A stretch of DNA of 64,000 nucleotides. Origin: an uncultured Desulfobacter sp. GTDB taxonomy: Bacteria > Desulfobacterota > Desulfobacteria > Desulfobacterales > Desulfobacteraceae. A program made the translations under genes and the position numbers. The notes beneath the pieces were generated by a model. That model was not told where the DNA came from. It did no database searches and worked only from the letters and a program-made list of their open reading frames with translations. The DNA lies in assembly GCA_963665095.1 (NCBI GenBank), contig OY762069.1, positions 6,560,001 through 6,624,000 on the forward strand, written 5' to 3'. Every line of letters starts with the position of its first letter. Within the stretch, counting starts at the first letter, position 1. Shown one piece after another: positions 58,452 through 64,000 of the stretch.

Positions 58452-60188
58452 TTATATAAAAAATACCTGGTTGCGTCCTTGAGACTTGGCTCTATAAAGG
58501 GCCTTGTCGGCCCGGTTGAACAGGGTTGTCTCATCTTCCCCGTCCCGGTACTGGGTGACACCAATGCTGATGGTGGCCTTCACCGGGGACCCGGTATGGA
58601 TATCGAACTCCGATAGTTCAAATTTTTTTCTGATACGCTCGGCAAGCTCTGCTGCATGGTTCAGAAGGGTTGCCGGCAGGATGATAGAAAATTCTTCGCC
58701 GCCGTACCGGCAGGCAATATCAGACTGCCGGACGCCGGAGAGCATCATCCGGCCCAGGGATTCAAGGACAATATCGCCTGCCGCATGGCCATAGGTATCA
58801 TTGACGGTTTTAAAATGGTCCACATCCAGAACCATTAAGGACAGCGGCGTTGATCTGCCCCTGATTCTCTGGATTTCCTGGGCGAGCGTTGTGAAAAAAT
58901 AACTTTTATTGTAAAGGCCTGTGAGGCTGTCGGTGATGGAGAGACGCTGAAGCACCTGGCTTTTTTTAAGCAGCTGGCCCCGTTCTTCTTTAAGGAGCCG
59001 GATCCGGTCTGCCAGGGCCATGGAGAGCAGCAGGGATTCGATGGCACTGCCTGTTAAGTGGGCATTGGTTGTTAGAAAATTGCTGGCAATGATACCGAAG
59101 CCTGCCGCACTGGCGGTAAATGAACCGATCATCATGGTGATCCAGGCCGCAAGGTAGCCCCTGGCAGGTGAAAAACCCTGGTACAGGCGCCGGAACCCGG
59201 CTGTCAGCACAATGGCCGGGCAGGCAAACCCCAGAATGTGGAGAATGACATTGGCCTGTTTGGGATATCCCGCAAAGTTCAGAAGAATGTCCAGTCCGCC
59301 AACGATAATGCATCCCCAGATCATTTTATGAAGAATGGGCAGATGGTGTTTGGAGTTCAGAAACCGCAGGGTGAACAGGCAGGCAAATATCAGGGCCAGT
59401 AACAAAAGGGCAGGGCCAAGAAAGCGCAGATGGGGAACACCCAGAATATTGATCAGGTTCACCCGTACAAACAGGTAGGTCAGAAAAAGTAAGATATATA
59501 AAATGTACAGAAAATAGATCCTGTCCATAATGACCAGCCATAAAAACAGGTTGTACAGTATCATTGCGGACATGATTCCGATGATGATCCCGAAAAATCC
59601 CAGTTCCTTCCATGTGGCTTTCAAAAAGGTGATATTATCTTCAATAAACACGGTAAAATTCAGGGAAGCATGATAATACGGGCTGGAAGGATCAATTCGA
59701 AGATAGATGTAATGGTTGCCGGAAAGGCCGGCAGGCAGAGAAAATACCGGGTAGCAGTATCGGTAGGTCTGGCTGGATGGATTCTGGAAAGTGCCGGCTT
59801 TGATCCTGGTATATGATATATCCGCCCCGGTTTCTCTGGGCAGGAACAGATCCACATAGGCGAAATCTTTATCAATTACCAGAAGCTCGCTGCTGTGGTC
59901 TGATGCGGACAAATCGCTATCATCATGTAAAAGGAACCTGACCCACACCACGGAGTGGGCTGTGCCGAATTTAAAGGACGATGACCCGGCCGTGGTGAAC
60001 TGCCTGCCTGTACCTGGTGTCAGGATATCTGTCAGGCCGAGTGTTTTGGTGTCATCCAGGAGATATTGAAGCTGCCGGCAACCTGAAGAGTGATGAACTT
60101 CCTGTTTGGACAGGACCGATACGGCACCGATTAAAATCAATATCAGGACAGACAAGCCTGAAACAATAATGTGGCGTTTTATACTCAT
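58452..60188 (-). CDS. 7TM-DISM diguanylate cyclase
   Basis: 7TMR-DISMED2-like W.RF segment, seven TMs, LLSMALADR, D.D.FK.VND.YGH..GD, RQSD I-site, GGEEF. Confidence 0.95.
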   Translation of the reverse strand: MSIKRHIIVSGLSVLILILIGAVSVLSKQEVHHSSGCRQLQYLLDDTKTLGLTDILTPGTGRQFTTAGSSSFKFGTAHSVVWVRFLLHDDSDLSASDHSSELLVIDKDFAYVDLFLPRETGADISYTRIKAGTFQNPSSQTYRYCYPVFSLPAGLSGNHYIYLRIDPSSPYYHASLNFTVFIEDNITFLKATWKELGFFGIIIGIMSAMILYNLFLWLVIMDRIYFLYILYILLFLTYLFVRVNLINILGVPHLRFLGPALLLLALIFACLFTLRFLNSKHHLPILHKMIWGCIIVGGLDILLNFAGYPKQANVILHILGFACPAIVLTAGFRRLYQGFSPARGYLAAWITMMIGSFTASAAGFGIIASNFLTTNAHLTGSAIESLLLSMALADRIRLLKEERGQLLKKSQVLQRLSITDSLTGLYNKSYFFTTLAQEIQRIRGRSTPLSLMVLDVDHFKTVNDTYGHAAGDIVLESLGRMMLSGVRQSDIACRYGGEEFSIILPATLLNHAAELAERIRKKFELSEFDIHTGSPVKATISIGVTQYRDGEDETTLFNRADKALYRAKSQGRNQVFFI

Positions 60189-60361
60189 TTCGGATAGCGC
60201 GTGTATACGAGCACATTTAACTGTCAGTTAATACAAAAATATATGGAAGTGTCAAAATTGAAGCTATATTAGTTTGTTTTGGATGTCACTTCAAGAATAA
60301 TAAAAAACAGGAATGGACTGGTCATATCCCGGGGTGCCGGCGGAATATCCGGGGTTTTTTC

Positions 60362-60390
60362 TTGACGTACGCTGACGGCAGACATATGCT
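60362..60390 (+). promoter_or_regulatory. sigma70 promoter
   Basis: TTGACG-17nt-TATGCT upstream of the 711-aa gene. Confidence 0.65.
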
Positions 60391-60446
60391 GACCCCCTGA
60401 TGGTTCTGAAGTTATTGCATGATTTCAATGAAATGTAGGATGTCTG

Positions 60447-62582
60447 ATGGATATACCCCAGATTATCAGCCCGGACGGTTACCTGGATACCATATTAGAC
60501 CGGGTTCCCGGACAGGAGCAGATGGATGTCCGGTTTTTGTTCCCTAAGGTGTCGGATTATATTGTGTCCTCTCTGAAAGAGGGCAAACCCTGGTTTTTTT
60601 CCGGCAGGAGCGGTAATGCCCAGATGGGTCTGCTGACAGACACCCATATGCCGGGAAATACCCAGCCGCCGCCGGAAATTGACGGATCAAAAATTCTGCT
60701 TCAGGGGATGATTAAAAATGTCAATCCCCTGCTGGCCAATGCCCTGGATCTGTTTGAACCGGGCGATGAAATCGGCCGGCTGGTGGTCATGGATCCGGAG
60801 CTCAGGATTCAGGATGTCCGTCATTATCTCCATAAACGGCTGTTTGTGGGAAACCGGGTTGGCAAAGGGTATTATGAAGGATTTTCCATCTGCAAGGAGA
60901 CAGATGCCCTGACCGGCAAACCCTGCGACTATATTGAAGTGGCCCTGTCACCCTACCAGTATTGTTTTGAGCCGGCTGCCATGACCCGGTCAAGTTTGAA
61001 TGCTGTGATTAAAAAAGGGCGAAGCGCGCTGAATTCCATCCGGTCCAGAGTTCAACTGGATTTAAGCCGGACCCTGCTTCATCCAAAAGATCTTTTTGTG
61101 GGCGCCATTAAAATTTCTCTGGGGGATATTTACGGAATTATTGATGCAGTGGCCGCACCGGAAAAAGACAATATCTTTCATCTGCCGGCACGGGTGCTGG
61201 ATCCGTTCCGGACCTTCAGGGACCGGCAGGTGGAGTTGTTTCATCTCGGGGATTCTCCTGTACCTTTAAGTGATATCCGCATCCGTATCCGTTTTTTCCG
61301 CAGTCACAATCCGCTTACGGTGCCGCTGGAAAAAACACGGGTGAAGGAAGGATACCGGCTGTGTGATATTTTTACCCATGCCGAGGTTGCCAATCTCTTT
61401 GCGGCCATGGAGGACGAGGCCATTGGCATGATTCTGAACAAGGGTAATTTTATCCAGGTGCCAAGCGCCCTGGATAGCAAAGGGGAAGCCCAGCTCGAGA
61501 TCATTAAGAACAGCCTTGCCCAGAGTACCCGGCGCCGCCACGAGCTGACCATCCCCCAGGCTGTGGGGGACCAGCTGAAACAGACTTTAGGCAAACTCTC
61601 GGTGCTGGGCGGGGTGAATTCCCGGGTGTTTATCGGCCGGCAGTTTCCCGAACGTGAGGTGGTGGATGCCCTGCGCAGGACCGGACTTCGCACCTTTTTA
61701 ATCAATGCTGAAAATCCGTGCTTCGCAGACGACGATATCCGGCACATGATTGCCCTGACCCATGCCGACCACATCCCCTGTGAGTTCATGCGGTATGACC
61801 CGGTGATTGACAAACTCTATTCATTTTACCATGGATGCTTCATGGAGCCGGATGACTGGGAACGCTTTGACCGGGTAAGGTTCTGGTTTGCCTTTTACGG
61901 TTCTCACACCAAGGAGGCGGACAACCAGCTGACCATTGATTTTATTAACCGTCTGGCACTTCGTTTGGGCGATGAGATGGGCATTGTCCATGGCGGCGGT
62001 CCCGGCCTGATGAAGGAGGCCAATGACCTGGCCCGGCAGCATAATATCATGAGCATTGGTATTGCCATTGCTCTGGAAGGGGAGAATCAGGCCTCGTTGA
62101 CCACCTGTGACGGGCTGATCAAATACAATGAGGGGCTGCGTCTGGCCCGCCAGGATCATCTTCAGAAGCTGAGCAACCTGCCGGTGATCAATACCGGCGG
62201 CTACGGCAGTGCCGAGGAGTTGAGCATTACCATCACCTCCATGAAGATCCATGAAAATCCCCTGGCCCCCATTATCCTGCTGGATCCGGATAACCTGTGG
62301 GAAAATGCCAGAAAACAGACCCAGATCATTGCGGATAAAAAGTATGGCCCCAGGTTTACACCCTGCCTGGTGAAATCCTGTGCAGATGCTGCCCAGGCTG
62401 AAGCCCATGTAATTGAATTTTTAACAGACCCCGATCTATGGTATCAAAAGAATACTATTCCTGCCGAAGACGTTGAAAAGGCAAGAACCAAGTCGGCGCG
62501 AATCCGTAAAACATTTTTATGCATTGATGATGTGGAGGTGTTTCGCAGGCCAAGTCCCCGCCTGGCCTCGGAGAATGAATAA
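60447..62582 (+). CDS. large LOG/SLOG family protein with a dCTP-deaminase/dUTPase-like middle region
   Basis: C-terminal AFYGS...HGGGPGLM..AN...SIG...R.....GGYGSAEE...PIIL; middle FHLPARVLDP...VELFHLG.SPV.L. Confidence 0.75.
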   Translation: MDIPQIISPDGYLDTILDRVPGQEQMDVRFLFPKVSDYIVSSLKEGKPWFFSGRSGNAQMGLLTDTHMPGNTQPPPEIDGSKILLQGMIKNVNPLLANALDLFEPGDEIGRLVVMDPELRIQDVRHYLHKRLFVGNRVGKGYYEGFSICKETDALTGKPCDYIEVALSPYQYCFEPAAMTRSSLNAVIKKGRSALNSIRSRVQLDLSRTLLHPKDLFVGAIKISLGDIYGIIDAVAAPEKDNIFHLPARVLDPFRTFRDRQVELFHLGDSPVPLSDIRIRIRFFRSHNPLTVPLEKTRVKEGYRLCDIFTHAEVANLFAAMEDEAIGMILNKGNFIQVPSALDSKGEAQLEIIKNSLAQSTRRRHELTIPQAVGDQLKQTLGKLSVLGGVNSRVFIGRQFPEREVVDALRRTGLRTFLINAENPCFADDDIRHMIALTHADHIPCEFMRYDPVIDKLYSFYHGCFMEPDDWERFDRVRFWFAFYGSHTKEADNQLTIDFINRLALRLGDEMGIVHGGGPGLMKEANDLARQHNIMSIGIAIALEGENQASLTTCDGLIKYNEGLRLARQDHLQKLSNLPVINTGGYGSAEELSITITSMKIHENPLAPIILLDPDNLWENARKQTQIIADKKYGPRFTPCLVKSCADAAQAEAHVIEFLTDPDLWYQKNTIPAEDVEKARTKSARIRKTFLCIDDVEVFRRPSPRLASENE

Positions 62583-62630
62583 TCATACGGGAAGTTCAAA
62601 TTTGTGAATAGAAAGGTGTTATTCCGACAG

Positions 62631-63494
62631 ATGAATGTAAACAGATGGACATTAAACAGTTTTTTTTTCGGCGTTATGATTTTGTTGTGTACCGGGTGTC
62701 TGTGCCGGGCCGAATCCGTATGTGACCATGTGACCCTTGAATGGCTGAAATCGCAGGTTCCCATGCCGGATGATACAACCATTGTGTTTAAAAAAGAGCA
62801 GGGCCCGCTGTGTGAGACAGTGATTACGGTTGACGGCGGCCTTGCCCCGGTCTATGCGGGACCGGATTTTATTGTGGCCGGCCGGTTATATAAAAATGGT
62901 GTCTCCATCACCCGGATGACCATGTCCAGTCTGTCTGATGTGGCGGACGCGGAAAGGGAAAAAGCCGAGGAAAAGGAAGCGGCCGCAGCTGAAAAACGTC
63001 AGGCGTTGCTAAAAACACATATTGGGGAACTGGCCGGCCTTGTCTCCATGACCTTTGCCCCGGGCCGTCCTGACCGTTTTATTTATGTGATCTCAGATCC
63101 GGCCTGCAGCCATTGCAAAGCCCTGCTTGACGGTCTGGAGGAACTTTGTCCAGAGGCAGGTATCGGGCTGAAGCTGATCATATATCCCCTTCTTGGCGAA
63201 AAAAGCAGGATGATGGCGGCCCATGCCATGTGTAAAAATCTAAACTATGCCGCCTATAAGACCATGTCGGCAGATGATGTCGCTGACGGATGTGAACAGG
63301 CAGACCAGAAAATTGAGAAAACATTTGATCTGCTGAAAAAAGATGCGCAGATTACCTTTGTGCCCATGGTGGTGGCTGAAGACGGCTCCTGGGTTGTGGA
63401 GGGAAATGATCTGTGCGCAGTAAGAGAATATCTGGGCCTTGACCCGGGAACAGGGGAAAAAAGCGGCGGATGCAGGACTGATGAAGAGGAATAG
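62631..63494 (+). CDS. periplasmic DsbC/DsbG-like thioredoxin-fold protein
   Basis: Signal peptide, N-terminal dimerisation-like segment, SDPACSHC, YPL, FVP cis-Pro loop. Confidence 0.8.
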   Translation: MNVNRWTLNSFFFGVMILLCTGCLCRAESVCDHVTLEWLKSQVPMPDDTTIVFKKEQGPLCETVITVDGGLAPVYAGPDFIVAGRLYKNGVSITRMTMSSLSDVADAEREKAEEKEAAAAEKRQALLKTHIGELAGLVSMTFAPGRPDRFIYVISDPACSHCKALLDGLEELCPEAGIGLKLIIYPLLGEKSRMMAAHAMCKNLNYAAYKTMSADDVADGCEQADQKIEKTFDLLKKDAQITFVPMVVAEDGSWVVEGNDLCAVREYLGLDPGTGEKSGGCRTDEEE

Positions 63495-63512
63495 ATGGTG
63501 TAAATAAAAATT

Positions 63513-63988
63513 TTAGACATCCTGGCCGGAAAATTCCATCACCTGGATAAATTCGTTGATTGCGGCCTGAAATTCATTTGCATCATCCGTGTACTTGAAT
63601 TCCAGGCCTATCGTTACTTCACCCGGTGTCTGCCGGGCATTTTTTATCTCCCCCGTCACCTGAAGCTCCCTGCGGATTCCCGGAAACCGGCATCTTAAAA
63701 CAAGGGTGTTTTTCAACAGGATTTCCGGCAGATCCTTATCCGCAGCCAGGGTCTGTACCGTACACAGGCAACCGCCTTTGCTGATGTTTTCAATCACACT
63801 GTTACGCTCCTGTTCATTCATACTGGCCTGGGCGGAAATATTGCATTTAAACCGTTTATGGGAGCGTAGTTCATGCAGTTCAATGCTGTAATGCAGGTTT
63901 TATGTTCCATTTCAAGCATCTGAAGAAAAGAGGAGAGGGTAACCCCTTCAATATTGCCACTGATCAGCTTCTCACCTGTTGAATTCAT
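63513..63988 (-). pseudogene. DUF4388 / PilZ gene(s) joined by an out-of-frame deletion
   Basis: ATG 63988 gives MNSTGEKLISGNIEGVTLSSFLQMLEMEHKTC (DUF4388 start). Another frame from about 63888 gives SIELHELRSHKRF...NISKGGC, the PilZ RxxxR and NxSxGG motifs. Confidence 0.7.
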
Positions 63989-64000
63989 ATCCGCTCCCTG

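Overview
Chromosomal window from a sulfate-reducing deltaproteobacterium. The gene repertoire suggests Desulfobacteraceae; that placement is an inference. 1-26.8 kb is core: a yefM-yoeB toxin-antitoxin pair, a palindromic MITE-like repeat, a U32-galE-HEAT/receiver operon, a HesB/IscA selenoprotein split by an in-frame UGA in the ORF track, MarR, a FliL-like lipoprotein, thiN, an LPS cluster (lptF, lptG, lpxK, heptosyltransferases, Kdo kinase, GT4s, O-antigen ligase, lipid A acyltransferase, kdsB), two radical SAM genes, selB and tRNA-His. About 26.9-50.3 kb is accessory: a decayed moxR-DUF58-DUF4129 operon, a cooS-cooF-FAD/NAD oxidoreductase operon with a five-hairpin 5' leader, a secreted beta-propeller, an internally deleted DUF4338-ISAs1 element with intact terminal repeats, and a signalling cluster with an atypical class III cyclase. 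The right end holds a FadR-linked glpD-like / FGGY kinase / alkyl-DHAP-synthase operon (candidate O2-independent ether-lipid pathway, the best new-system candidate), a GGDEF-DUF294-HD-GYP operon, a dCTP-deaminase-like/LOG fusion, a DsbC-like protein and a deleted DUF4388-PilZ pseudogene. All calls come from reading motifs by eye; no database searches were run.
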